64,000 nt of DNA, taken from contig CM060734.1 of NCBI GenBank assembly GCA_030704615.1, positions 9,052,001 to 9,116,000 on the forward strand, read 5' to 3'. Below, piece by piece: positions 48,079 through 60,930 of the stretch. Position 1 is the first letter of the stretch, and every line of letters starts with the position of its first letter. The notes under the pieces are model-generated. The model was not told where the DNA came from, did not search any database, and saw nothing but the letters and a program-made list of their open reading frames with translations. The position numbers were made by a program, and so were the translations under genes. This DNA is from Takakia lepidozioides. Its lineage: Eukaryota > Plantae > Bryophyta.

Positions 48079-49418
48079 TGTTAGAGGGCTGTTTGGGACT
48101 TAGACACTTTTACGGTATCTGTGGGGTACCCTTAATTTTTACACAGACTGAGACCAACAGGAGCTTTAGGGGTGACAGCAACAAGCTTTAGGGGGGGAGA
48201 TACACAGCCCGACACAGTCTATCACAGCCAACACAGCCCGACACAGCCAGTCACAGCTTCGTACAGCCAACATAGCCCGTCACAGTCCGACACAGCCGGC
48301 CACAGCTTCGCACAGCCGACACAGCCGACACAGCCCGACACAGCCAGTCACAGTCCGTCACAGCCTGATATAGCCAGTCACAGCTCGGCACAGCTGGGGG
48401 ACAGTTATCATTGGCAGGGAACGACTGTGGGGGAACGACATCTGAAAAAGGAACGTGTACTACAGGGATGACGGTTAGTTAGGAAAGCAGTTAGAACAGC
48501 TTGTAGGTAGATAAAGCGAAGAGCGGGGACGCCTGGGAATCACTTCTTGGGGGGGAACTTCTGGCATCACGGCTTGGAAATGAAGGGGAGAGCGCATCTC
48601 TGAGTGGAAAGATGGAGAGCACGGAGTAGGAGAAGAGACGATCTATTGATACTTGATGAATGCAAGCTGTAGAATTGTAATGTGGAGTAGATTAGAGACA
48701 CCATGGCTTCAGCCTGATACTTGATAGATATCAATCTGATACATACTTCATACTCACACTGTGTAGAGAGACCTGAGTGAAGCTGTGGAATGAATGGATG
48801 AGTGGATGGAACCGGATAGATTTCTGAAGCAATCTGATACTTAATTGTAGACACTAAGGTAACTCGCTAACATGAATGCGGGAAGGAGTACAAATAGGAA
48901 ACACCCCCATGATACACTAGCTGTAGGTCATGACTGATTGTTCTGAGCGGGTTGAGTGCTTAGAGATTTCCAACTCTTCTATCTTGGAGTTCCCACCTTG
49001 GATAGCGAAGGGATGGGTGAGTAAAAACCGCTCGACATTTGGCGACCGTACTGGGAGACTGGTTCATGAACAACCAGATGTGACAGGCATCTGGTGGGAT
49101 CATGGTGGTTGGAGAATTAAAGAATTTGATGTGAATCAAATTCCCTGTGAAACTGAGAAGGAAAGATTGTCCAAACGATTCTTTCAGAGGTTCTTGGAAT
49201 TGCCAGACGGTTGTAAAGAAAACATTCTTAAAAGAGTGCATGATGCCATCTCTGAATGGGGTCTGGAAAAAGGAGTGATAAAGATTTATCAGGTGGCCTG
49301 TAGAGGAAGAGCACGTTGGTCACCAACACTGGTTTATGTGATAGCATTGCTATCCATTAAGCAAGTAGAGTTTGAAGGTTGGGAGGAAAGAAAGGTGAAT
49401 GTTTATACTCATATGCAT
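48079..49418 (+). mobile_element. Gypsy element 2: 5' LTR (48079-49037), PBS (49040-49057), start of 5' ORF
   Basis: TGTTAGAGGG...GCTCGACA TT TGGCGACCGTACTGGGAG; GIWWDHGGWRIKEFD...YTHMH. Confidence 0.93.
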
Positions 49419-50649
49419 AGAAAGCTTAAGCATCCTACACACAGTTGGGGAAAACCGAAGAGGCGGCGACCTCCCTCAAAAGTGAACGAGACAAGGATGG
49501 GGAATGCACTTCGGATGAACTGTACAATCCAGAGCTCAACAGAAGTGCCCCCACCAGGCTTCGGGCGTGTGTATCAGATGGCCACGGCAGGCTCAGCTGT
49601 TCGCAATGAGGTGTACACCATCACCATTTCAGAATTACCCACCTGCAATTGCACCGACTTCCAGATCATGGCGAACAAGGGGGCATCATCTGCCCTTGCA
49701 AGCATCTGTACTACGTGTACCTAAAAAGACTCCGGTGTAATTCCACAACTCATCACTTCATACATGCACCAGGGTTGAGCCCCCAAGAGGTGCACACTCT
49801 TCTGAATATGGATCCAGGGGACCAATGACCTTGGCTTGCGGTCCCAACACTATGGTACGCCCATCCTTTTCGGATAGTAGAACTGTACTGCTGCAAGTAG
49901 CTCTGACTCTAGCCACAGAAAGGTCCGACTTATGTCTTGCCTACCAGTAACATGTTTTGCTCGAACTAAGATAATACTATGTCATTCACTCGTGTTTCCA
50001 CGTGCATGTATTTTTGTGTGTTGGAGGGTTCCTGTTTTTCTGCTCTCCCAAACTTTGCTTTCCTCATTCGACCCCCGGGAAGGAAATGCGGCGCCACATT
50101 TCCAAGTAACGTCGTAGGTACTGGTAGATGCGGCATTCACCAACACCAAACTGCCCAGAAATTTCGCACGTGCGAACCCTAATGCGACACCGCATTTCCA
50201 GTTGAGTCGCAAACCTTTCCCGCCGAATACTCGAAGATGACAAAATTGTGCAGACTCTATTGGTTCAATCGCAGCAAAAGGGTCAGCTTCATTCCAATGT
50301 TAAGGCATGTAAAACCGCGGAATACTCTATACAGGCCAGTATGCGACGTCCTTTTGCCGTAGTATACTGGATTTCTCGTTGCACGGTCACTCATTTCCAT
50401 GAGCGGATCTAAAAAACCATGAGCGGAGTTGTTACTGACGACATATCTTCGCCGCATTACAGGATCTGGAACTTCCAAAAACGGCAAGGTCAAATAAAAA
50501 ACTATTATTTTAATACTTGTTTAATCTGCCGCATTTCCAAATTTGGAGGAGTCCGCTCATGAAATCTGCGTGTCTTAGACTTCGGCTCACCGCTCATGCG
50601 GCTCATGGCTCATGGCTCATGGTTTCTGCTCATGAAATAGTAAACCTCC
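49419..50649 (+). mobile_element. Mutator-like family 2, right arm: SWIM domain, subterminal palindromes, right TIR
   Basis: ELPTCNCTDF...PCKHLYYVY; GGAAATGCGGCGCCACATTTCC at ~50082; ends GCTCATGAAATAGTAAACCTCC. Confidence 0.85.
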
Positions 50650-51270
50650 TGCAAATGGGCTGGCTACTCCTCAGACGACAACACATGGTAGACCGAGGAT
50701 GATTTGTTCGGACCACACGACGAGTGTGATCCCGACCATAACCTTGCCCTTTTCACCGCCTTTCATAAATGGACACACAATGACTACCTAGCACACATCC
50801 ATCAACAACACACTACCCCCACCCAACCTATAGACAATCGGTATGTCCACAAGCCAATCGCTGCCCCTAATGTGCACATTGATATAACTGAATGTAACCC
50901 GGACAAAGATATCAAACATGATCATCCATTCATCCATATGGGCCCTTGCCTTTCCAATATTTACGCCCAACATGGCCACTTCATTGGATTCATCCCTAAC
51001 AATAGGCTAAAATGGCTTTGGGAAAGATACTCCGCCATTAACACATACCCACAAACTCTCCAACCCCCGAAACAAGACTTCGCTGTCGAGCTATACTGGC
51101 TCGTTGACCGCTACCTTAAAGACACCCCCCCAAGAAACCAAGATCCCTCACCAAACTAGGAAGAGCATACGCGCACCAAGTCCTGCATCAAGATATTCTT
51201 ACCCTACTTATCAGCACATTCCAGCTCACTCATTCCTACTACTCAACCCACTGACATGCCCTATGGACCT
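50650..51270 (+). mobile_element. Non-LTR retrotransposon fragment: chromodomain tail and start of PCIF1-like domain
   Basis: CKWAGYSSDDNTW*TEDDLF in frame with ORF 50704-51159; later FQLTHSYYS.PLTCPMDL. Confidence 0.6.
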
Positions 51271-53759
51271 CATGTCATAGAAGCATCAACACTCTACTAC
51301 CTATTTTGATGAATTATGAAAGCAACAAGGGGATTGTAAAGCCACTGGCCGGAATGGTCTGGCGCAGCTTCGTCTCAATCTTCATCTTTTTGAATATACC
51401 AACCTCTTTGACAAATAATTGTCCATAAAGGTAGTAGAGGGCTGAAGCCTCTTGACTTCATGTCATAGAAGCATCAACACTTTACTACTATCTAACAAAA
51501 TTATGAGAACAACGAGGGGGTTGTATAGGCATTTGGAATCCATTGACATTATTACTCTATGCGCATGTTCATGTCATGTTTGTTCATTCCTTAAAATCTG
51601 GAGATGGTCTACGAGCTGAGATGAGTAACGAGATCATATTGTACTGCCTTCTAATGTTTTCTTGCCTATGTGCATAAAGGGATTGCAAAGAAGGAGTTTG
51701 GGATCACAGTCTGTTGAGTCTGTTGAGGCATGCTCGGCCAAACCATTTTCTTTCTGCAAAAGTACATTGCCTTCATGCTCTGATTCAAGGTAAGTCCATA
51801 GTTGTCATGAACTACTGTTCAAGGTATAGATAGTAGGACGGTGCCAGGGTATTTCTTCCAATACTGTTAGTGTATGTTGTAACAATTGGAGTTCTGGAAG
51901 TACTATGCTAATGTGCTATGGTACATGTGTATACAGAGGAGAATCATCAATTTGCACCGCACATATCTCTCTTACATCATCTAGGGGATTTAAACCCAGT
52001 CCGGTGGGGGAGAATGGCGGTCTTGAAGTATTTTTATCTAGGAACTCCAACTCTCTCCGAAGAGGGCGAGCTGGGTGGTTTTGAAACATTTTTTTTGGCT
52101 TTTGCTTTTATTTCCTCCTCTCTCCCGGAAGACTCGAACTCTCTCCGAGGAGGAAGAGCATGAGGGGAATTATTCTTATCTTTACGCAAGGGAGTCGTTG
52201 ACTCTTAGGGATATCAGGGATACCCTAGTAGGGGGATTTTTACGAACCAGAGATCATGGATTCCCTTACACTCGGGACGAGTGTTCCCCATTGGTCGCCA
52301 TATATGTAGATGCATATATTGGTACACTTTTCTTTTCAGATCGTTTTTTATCATAAGACAAGCGGTTTCGACATTGTACTGCCAAAACATGTTAGTTTGT
52401 TAGTTGTCTGGAAATCGTTGGTAAAGCACGTAGGAAATTAGAAAGTGTCTGCGACGACCATGGAGTGGAACTCTGGCATCAAGATGACCGTAGGAAGCTG
52501 CATCGACAGCAGATTAGGCTGCCAATTCGGTACTAGAAACGGCGAGTTAATCCTGTTCAAACAATACAGAACAACTGTTCCAGTCCCAGATTGCGATCTC
52601 TCTTTTCTCCTGCCTTTCAAGTCTGGTAGGAACACACGGTGAGGAGCTTGGCAATTGGTGGAAGCGACATGTATAGCGATGAAATATCGCAACAACGCAA
52701 TTGGCCGCATCGGAATGACATCAAGTCAGGACGACTTCAAACGGCGAAGCATGGACTTGTTAGCAGTGTGGAACAACTGGAGGGGACTCCGGACAACCTA
52801 TGACTCAGTGGCAGGGTCAAAGACCCCAGAGCCATCACCAGGGATTTGATTTCCAAATATACCACAAAATATGTGTGTAGCGAAAATACGACGAATGGCG
52901 AGAAGTGCAACTTTTTACCACCGATGGAGCTGATAATTTACAGGCTGATACAAGGTATATAGTTGTAGTTTGTCACCAATTTTGGTGATTTATGGAGCTG
53001 ATTAGCAGCGGGGCCAAATTATTGAGTCGACGGCACTCACAAGGCCTACTATTTGCATTTCGACTTCTTGGATGGATGAAAAATCCTGGAATTCGCCTTG
53101 AGGAGCTGGATGGATGAAATGACAACTCGCGCCAACTGGTCATCCAATTGGATGGATGAAAAGACTGCTTTCATTTGCCTCTAAGACTTTTCATCCATGT
53201 GGAATAGTATATTATAGATCCTCCAAAGAAACAATAGTTTAATGAATATTTTCCATTAGTCTATTAGGCACAACTATAGCTTCTCTTATTCTTCATCTAC
53301 TCATTTGATTAGTTTTCTCTTGCTTGTTGTTGTAGTGATTGCTAGCTTTTGGCTTGAGGAGGGGCTAGATCCTAGGGAGTGGAGCTTGAAACTCCCTAGT
53401 TAGGTAGGATTCTTGTAAGCTAAGGCAAAGTGGCCTAGCTTGTGGGCCTTTGAGCCATTTTCATTTGTGAAGGAAGAGGGCAATTTCATGTGGAGGAAAG
53501 TGACTTGAGGATGAGTAGGAGGGGCTGGTATGGACTTATGGACGAGAGCCCAAATGAAGGCCGCATAGAGTACCATTACTTGAGTCGATAGAGCATCCCA
53601 AGCACTCTCGCAGACAATGACAGCCTAGATTTGTTCTAGGAAACACCCAACTCAACTTATCACACTAGTTCCTATGGTCAATTGCATCTGCTACTCTCTG
53701 TAATATGACAGGCATTCACCTTTTTGCCTCGGTTGTCCCACCATTTAGTGGGGTCAGAA

Positions 53760-54649
53760 AAGTATTCATCCCATAGCTTCTCTTCATATCTGTTACCTGT
53801 TTTTGGATACTTTCATGTTGTCACATTGGCAGTATCATGTCAAAATCACTCCAAACAAGATTCACTCAACCAGCTAATTTGCAGAATTCAACATGCACCT
53901 CTTTGCCTATTTGCAGAATTCAAAATGTTGCCATGCACCTCTTTGCCTTTTTCCAGGGCTGCCAGGCTTGCACACTGCAAACGCACACAAACGTGATGTG
54001 GTCGGGCTTCACCCCTTCGCACATCATTTGCTCATATGTCTCCAAAGCCTCCATCCCGCGCCCCTGCTGTGCACACCCTGCAATCATCGTGTTCCATGAC
54101 ACCACATCTCGCTCAGCCATACTGTCGAACACTCCCTTTACATCCTCGATGCTCCCACATTTTGCATACATGTCCACCAGGACAGTGTTCAGGATTACAT
54201 TTGGTACAATTCCAGCTTTGACGATGTCGCCATGCACGTCTTTGCCATTTTCTAGGGCTGCAAGGCTTGCATACACACTGCAAACGCACACAAACCTGAT
54301 GTGGTCGGGCTTCACTCATTCACACATCATTTTCTCATATGTCTCCAAAGCCTCCATCTCGCGCGCCCTGTTGTGCATACCCTGCAAGCATCGCACTCCA
54401 CAACACCACATTTCGTTCAGCCATGTTTTTGAACACTCCTTTTGCATCCTCGATGCTCCCACATTTGGGATACATGTCCACCAGGGTAGTGTTCAGAATG
54501 ACATCTGGTACAAATCCAGCTTTGACGATGTCACCATGGACCTCTTTCCCCTTTTCCAGAGCTCCCGGCCTTGCACCCGCATTGCAAACACAAACAAACG
54601 TGGTGTGGTTGGGCTTCACCATTCACGCAGCAGTTGCTCATAGGTCTCC
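53760..54649 (-). pseudogene. PLS-class pentatricopeptide repeat gene fragment
   Basis: Repeated KPDHITFVCV..., LVDMYAKCGSIEDVKGVFDSMAERDVVSWNTMIAGCAQQG; frameshifts; 5' side abuts a LINE tail. Confidence 0.93.
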
Positions 54650-56787
54650 AGAGAGAGAGAGAGAGAGAGAGAGAGAAGACTCCAGCCTATGGCCGGCATA
54701 ACTAAGAGCCACTTCATCTTTCGGCTAATGCCCCCTTTCGGGAGGTGGGCCCTATCTGAATAAAGAATGATGTCCTGATGGACATCAAGTAGCTGGGGGA
54801 GTGGAGGGGCCTATAGGCCTCTAGGGCCCTGGGGGGCCTTGGGGCGTATTAGAAGCTCCAGATTCTAATTGGCGTTTGTTGGTGATGATGGCTGTGAGGG
54901 AAAGGAGTGATGTGAGGTGGATTTCTTTGAAGCATTTATGAATAGAGGGGATGGGGATTTTGAAGTTATTATGTATATCATTGATGTTGGCGTTGAGAAT
55001 GCCGCCCCTTGTGCCGGCGGTGACGACGGTTAGCGGGCCAGTTGCCCAACCTCGTCGTCGGATTGCCAGGATTAGGGGGGCATATTTTTGTCGTTTCTCA
55101 AGAATGGAGTCACTAGGGTATCTATCATGGCATAATGTAAATTCAATGAAGAGAACGGTAAATCGTGGCCGGATGGGGAGGCAGGTGCTTGGGCATTAGT
55201 GGGTAGACCTTGGATAATGAGTATGTCCGGGCAGAGCCTAGCAGGGCAGGAACATGGTGGTCGGGTACATATGCATGGTAGCAGCCATGCCGGTACTGTG
55301 TGGTCTGGTGGTCTCCCTTGGTAGGTTCCAACATTAATGAACGTGAACCATCTTGTTTCAGCAAGTTTTGAGAAGAGTTTGTGAAGATGCCATACTGCGT
55401 GGTTGTGTCTAGTAATATGGAGGCCGTGAATAACTGGGTGTGTGCATCGGCTAAGGAGATGAGGCCAGGTGTCCCGTTCGTGATGTGTTGTTGCGCATAG
55501 TGGGCAATATGGTGATGGGAATAATTGCGGCCAGAAGATGTGTTTACGTTGATGGCCCATGTACTGGGCGTATCTGAACTTGAGTGTTTGACGGATTTGC
55601 GCATCAGTGGTAGCTTTGGTTTGCCAGAAGTGGTTTGAGAGTTTGTGGTGTAATACTTTGGATTTGGTCCATTTTTTGATGTGTACCTTTGTATGACTAA
55701 TTGAGTCGGCAGCTTATTTATTGGCTTCACGAATGAGAGTGGCTAGGAGATTACGTATTGGGCGGGGTGCAGGGGGGTCTCGGACGGGGTGGATAGACTT
55801 TGGGTCTAGTGGCGCCGAGTTGGGCGAGTAGATCCGCTTCCTCATTACTTTGGATGCCAGTGTGGGAGCGGACTTTGAGGAATTGGATTGGGTGTCTTAT
55901 AGTTATAGCAGTGTTGACAATGGTTGTAATGAGATTGCGATCAGGGTGATGGTGGTGGGAAGAAGGACGGGATATATGGTTGCAGATAAGAAATAGGGAG
56001 GTGACGCTGTCCGTGAAGATGAAGTATGGGGGGGAAGGAATCTAGCAGGAGGAGGGCATCATATATGGCCATCAGTTCGGCCCTTAGGATGGTAGCCGGG
56101 CCAGGTAGCCGGAGGGCGACCCCTTGCCTTGTTCCTACATCGGGTTGGGTGAGGGAACTGTCAGTGTAGTGCGAGTTGATGAGGGGATATTTGGGGGTGG
56201 TGTTTTGTTGATAAATTAGGGGGATCGGAGGAGGGGGTATTGTGGGTGTAATCTGGGGGGGGGGTACCGCTAGGCTCCACGCTTTGTTTGGTTTGGCCCG
56301 AGAGAGGGTGATGGTTGTTGGAGTGTAGGGGAGGTGAGGTGGGTGATGGATGGTAGCTTTCAATTTATGTTTGATGGTGAGTAACTATTCTAGTTGTTGC
56401 ATGAAGGGTGTCGGTACGTCTGTGTGGAGGGGGTGTTGTGCCTGTAAGATAAGGGTTAGTGTTGGTTCCTTCTGGTTGAGGTATTTGGGGAGAGGGGGGG
56501 TATGGACATATTTAAGCTGGTTTGGGTCTATTGTAGCAAGTAGGTTGGCTCCAGGCGGGAGACACAACAAGGGGTGAGAGGGGCAAGGGGCGTTTTGTTG
56601 TGTGAGGATGAGGATGGTGGAAGTGGAAGGGGATGAGTGTGCTGCTAATTTTGCCCATTGAAGAGCTTCGTGTGTGAGGGGGCCGGGGGGTGGGTGGGGA
56701 AAGCCCCGGCCTATCCAGGTGTGCTGGGTGGCGTTGCCTATGGCTCCAAAAACACAGCCCCGGTGGTGTGGGCTAGAAAATGTGAGT
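54650..56787 (-). mobile_element. Non-LTR retrotransposon 3' part (Dualen/RandI-like): PCIF1-like motif, RNase H, CCHC, restriction-like endonuclease, (TC)n tail
   Basis: YTDSS, ILRAELMAI, IFTDS, KVRSHTGIQSNEEAD (RNase H); CPLC...HLLSRC...RHNHAV; PDILII...IEFTLCHD...EKRQKY..L...GW (RLE); GA repeat 54650-54675. Confidence 0.8.
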
Positions 56788-57879
56788 GGCGTCAGCCCTT
56801 TACTACCTTTCTTGACAATTATTTCTGTCCACATAAAAAGACCATGCTATGCAACATTATTAGGTCTGCCTTCGGAGTACGCATCTATAGTATGGGTTGA
56901 AGACTCCAACCACGCTGAATGTAGAATCCATTCAGGTTGTAGTGCTCAATAAGAGCATGTTGGTGTGTTCTAGAACAGCTACCTTGTTTAGGGCGAGTTC
57001 AACATACCTCCCTTAATCTCTCGACGTGACGAAGTCAAGGGAAAATGGTGGGGTGAGCGCCATCTCATGCCTAATACCAAAAACCATAAGGCATGCACAA
57101 CATAAACACACATAAGTCAGCACATGATGGGAGGCCCCACAACACATGCATGTAATGTGCATCCACCCCCAATTTGTCCCACTGAAAATGAACTTGGGCA
57201 TAAAACTTCCTAAATGTGTTTTCAGTACTCCACATGGGCGAGGACCTTAAGGATGATCTAAAGGGCCTACCAACCCTCAAGTGGCAATACACTAAAATCT
57301 AAACTCAAGGCAGAAGCCTGCCTTTGAACAATAATCAGATGCAAAGATCATTCGATGTTCTCATTAATGAGCTTCTTGAAGATGTGGAAAGTTAGGGACT
57401 GGGGCTAAATGAGGACCATACCAACTCTTTTGTTTGTAGAAGACTAGGCCTGTAGGATATCCCTAGACTTGGGTGATATTCCTTCCAATCTCTGGCATGG
57501 GGGAGGGCATCATGCATGGACAACCTCAGGGAATTACCCACTCCCCAACATGGCCTGAAATTTAAACCCAAGGCGGAAAGCCTGCCTTTTATCAACAACA
57601 AACATAAGCATTCAGACAAAAACAAAGGAGGATCTGAAATGCCCATTGCGTAGGAAAGCAATAGACCTTATTCACTTCCTCATTCGTTCTCACTTTGGAA
57701 TGACAGCAGACAGAGGCTCTCACGGAATCCTTGGCCTTCGGGGGCTCCACATTTTAGCTACTCACACAGAGCGGTTTCATATCTGTGTGAAAGCTAGGCT
57801 TCGGCGAGGAAATGTGGAAAGCCCGAACCATTTATATCTAAACCACAAATCACAGGACCCCACCCAGACCTAGAAACAA

Positions 57880-59850
57880 AGCCGACCACTTACCCGTGGA
57901 TGTGCATGGGGAGTCAGCTTGCGCCGCAGATGCGTTACTTGCTCTCCTCTCTCGCAGTAGCCTACAATTCGTGTAGACATAAACCAATTTGTCAGCCCTG
58001 GCATGATTCAACATGTTGCGAATCTTGTTGTGAACAAACGAGTAACTGCTCCTGTTCAGCTCAAAGGACGAGGGAGAGCACACTTGAGCAAGAATACGCT
58101 TTGCAATGGGAGCTAACGTTCTTGCTCCAGCTCCAATCAGATCCCACCATTCATGTGGCAACATGTTCATTGCTTTTGGATCCGGCATGTCATGGAAAAG
58201 ATTCTGCCGATCCGAGAAGCACTGGTACTCAGACAATGCTCGCTCTGCCATGTTCAAGGGCGCAAATTGCATGATGACCCGTACAAGCCCGGCTTTGGCA
58301 TCCACATCGTCTCTCAAATCCGTATTGTCCAGCAAGAATGGATTCAGCAAGGCCCCCGCATAATGCAAGTCCGTGCGAACCATCCGTTTGCGGTCGTAAA
58401 ATGCATCCTCGGTCCTTGCCGCCAAATCATCGTCCATAGAAAATGGAGGACGCCTCAAGGATTGCACGTGCTTCTCAAGGTTTTCCAATATCAACCATGC
58501 TTTACCCATTATTGGTTGTTTTCCATTAAACTCCCGCAAAGCAATCAACACCGGCTCCACTATGTACACAAAATTTGCACATTTCGCCCATAAATCGTCG
58601 GAGCAAATGATTGCGCGGACCCTCCGACTTTTGCTCAAAGACTTGAACTTACGAGAGTCGCGTAAGGTGCCCACATACGCATCCCATTGAGGGTCAATGA
58701 TCACCTGCTCCAGACCCGCCCTCACAGTCACCAGTCGATCCACCATCAAAAAATTTGTGGCAAAGCGGGTTTCACCCGGGTTCCTAAGGCTGTATTTGGG
58801 TTCATGCTTTCTAAACAATGCCAAAGGGATGTGATGTGTACAAATGAACGTCACAACCGACTTTGCCCTTTTTACTAGTTGTTTCATCCATGATTCTTTT
58901 CCCCAATCCTCCAAAAGGAGATCAAAGATATGAGTAGCACACCCTTGGTAATATAGATGGGGATATCGTACCATCAAAATATCAGCCATATTATCCATGT
59001 TAGATGCATTGTCCGTGGACACTTGGACAATTTTATCAGCTCCAATTTTATCGATATAACTCGTTAACAACCCTGCTTGATAACGTACATCTTTTCTCTC
59101 CGTGCTTCTGTCAACGGATCCCAAAAATTGTTCCCCCGCAAGACAGACCAGCATGACATTGAACAGTGATCGATTAGTAACAGAATTCCAACCGTCCACA
59201 CATATAGTGCTTCCATATTTTCGGAGAGAATCATCTATCTTTTCATTCACCTTTTGGGTGAGGTCAGACATAGCCTCTTCTAGCAATCATGTGCGGAGAT
59301 CGCGATAACTCGGAGGTGTGTATGTGGACTTGGAATCGGACGTGGCTTTGACAGCAGCCACAAACGTAGGAAGCCTCGAGACATTGAACGGAATATTGGC
59401 CTCGTAGAAAAATTGGGCCATCTTCTTATCCAGAGTCCTCCTGTGCGACAAATTTAAGCCTTCTTGCATTGATTGTTGCTTCAATGGTCTGGTCCGTACA
59501 AGTGCTGGCGTACAATCGGGTGTTGCTCCTGACCCACCGGCTTCTCCACGAACAATAGTCCCTCTGGGTACAACTCTGAGGGACAGTTTGATTCGAACCT
59601 GGAGTGTTTGGCTCAGAAGCCGCGGCCACATCAAGAGACGGTGGGATATTGCCTCCACATTGGGCAAAGTGGGCTTTCACTCGCATGGAGGCTTTTGGGC
59701 ACAAACTAACCCTTCCATTCTTACCATCTCTGTAGCCGAGGTGATATAACATGCGATCTTTGCGACCCGCCAGCTTCAATGCACAAAGATTGCATTGAAC
59801 ACCGTCCTTTTTGTGCGGGTCTATGGTGAACCAAAGGATCCACTCCTCCC
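57880..59850 (-). pseudogene. hAT transposase (BED finger, DUF659-like, C-terminal dimerisation domain)
   Basis: CNLC...MLYHL; FFYEANIPFN; VDGWN; STDNASNM; CATHIFDL; ETRFAT; HEWWDL...RILAQVCS; two frameshifts. Confidence 0.92.
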
Positions 59851-60214
59851 TCATCCTCACACCCAAAACCCTAACCACAAACTTAATGTTGAACGAAGAA
59901 CACTAGTGTACTTGGTAGATTTGTCAAGAGCAATAAAAGTTAGAACAGAATGCGATGACCCAACACTACGGCATCAATCCAAGTGGATCAATACACCATG
60001 TAGTATTGTGCTTTTCGACAATTTGCTGTAGTGGCTCTGATGGAAGCCACAACAGCAAAAAGTCCGCACCCTCCTCTTGGGCTTACACTCTTGCTCAAGG
60101 AATAGAGAACATTCACTCGCCACAAAAGTGTTTGCCACAAAGTGAGGGGCATTGGGACCACCTTATATACCCTCCAGTCTCCAAGCTTCACACGCTCGAC
60201 GAATCAGATCCAAT

Positions 60215-60930
60215 GCTGCGACCGCTCCAGGTCGCACGAGGAAGTCGCATGTTATTTTTTTCTTAAAACTGCTGCGACCACCTTCATGCTGGTGGTCGCA
60301 TCTATTAAAAAAAAGAAAAATGCTGCGACCACCCCATGCTCGTGGTCACAGAGATTATTTATTATTAAAGAAAAAAAAATTGCTGCGACCACCCCCCTGC
60401 TGGTGGTCGCCCTTATTAAATAAACAGAAAATTTGTGCGACCACCACCCTGCTAGTGGTCGCACCTATTAAACAAATAGAAAATTTATGCGACCACCACC
60501 ATGCTGGTGGTTGCACCTATTTTTAAAAAAAAATGCTGCGACCACCCCCATGTTTGTAGACACAGAGAATATTTAAAAATAAATAAATAAATAAAATTAT
60601 GCGACCACCTCCCTACTGGTGGTTGCACCTATTAAAAAAACAGAAAAATGCTGCGACCACCCCCATGCTGGTGGTCACAGATATTAAAAAATAGAAAAAT
60701 GTTGCGACCACCCCCCTGATGGTGGTCGCACCTATTACAAATAAAAATTATGCGACCACCAGTAGCGGTGGTCGCAATTGTTTAAGAAAAGAAAAAAATG
60801 CGACCACCCCTGCTGGTGGTCGCATCTATTTTTAAAAAACAAAAAATGTTGCGACAACCCCTCTGCTAGTGGTCGTAACTATTAAAAAATAAGATAAATT
60901 TTGCGACCACCACCATTTGGAGGTCGCACC
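60215..60930. repeat. hAT subterminal array of GCGACCACC-N5/6-GGTGGTCGC hairpins with A-rich spacers
   Basis: About 13-14 copies at roughly 50-bp spacing. Confidence 0.9.

Noticed and set aside
34917-49037. Intact plus-strand LTR element bounded by the two plus-strand LTRs
   Set aside because: PPT and PBS lie outside the pair, gag-pol is on the opposite strand, and there is no TSD.
48930-49724. Apparent fusion proteins (also 36668-37177, 34126-34674, 1059-1742)
   Set aside because: Accidental read-through across rearrangement junctions.
29169-50658. Possible degenerate 9-bp TSD (CACAAGTGG / TGCAAATGG) for Mutator family 2
   Set aside because: Three mismatches, and the two flanks translate as unrelated proteins.
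51272-53700. Short ORFs and LTR-like sequence
   Set aside because: No recognisable motifs or definable termini; left unannotated, as is 56790-57880.
53837-54643. 268-aa plus-strand ORF
   Set aside because: Antisense of the PPR repeats.
60215-60930. CRISPR-like hairpin repeats with spacers
   Set aside because: Spacers are related A-rich tracts and the array is subterminal to a hAT element.
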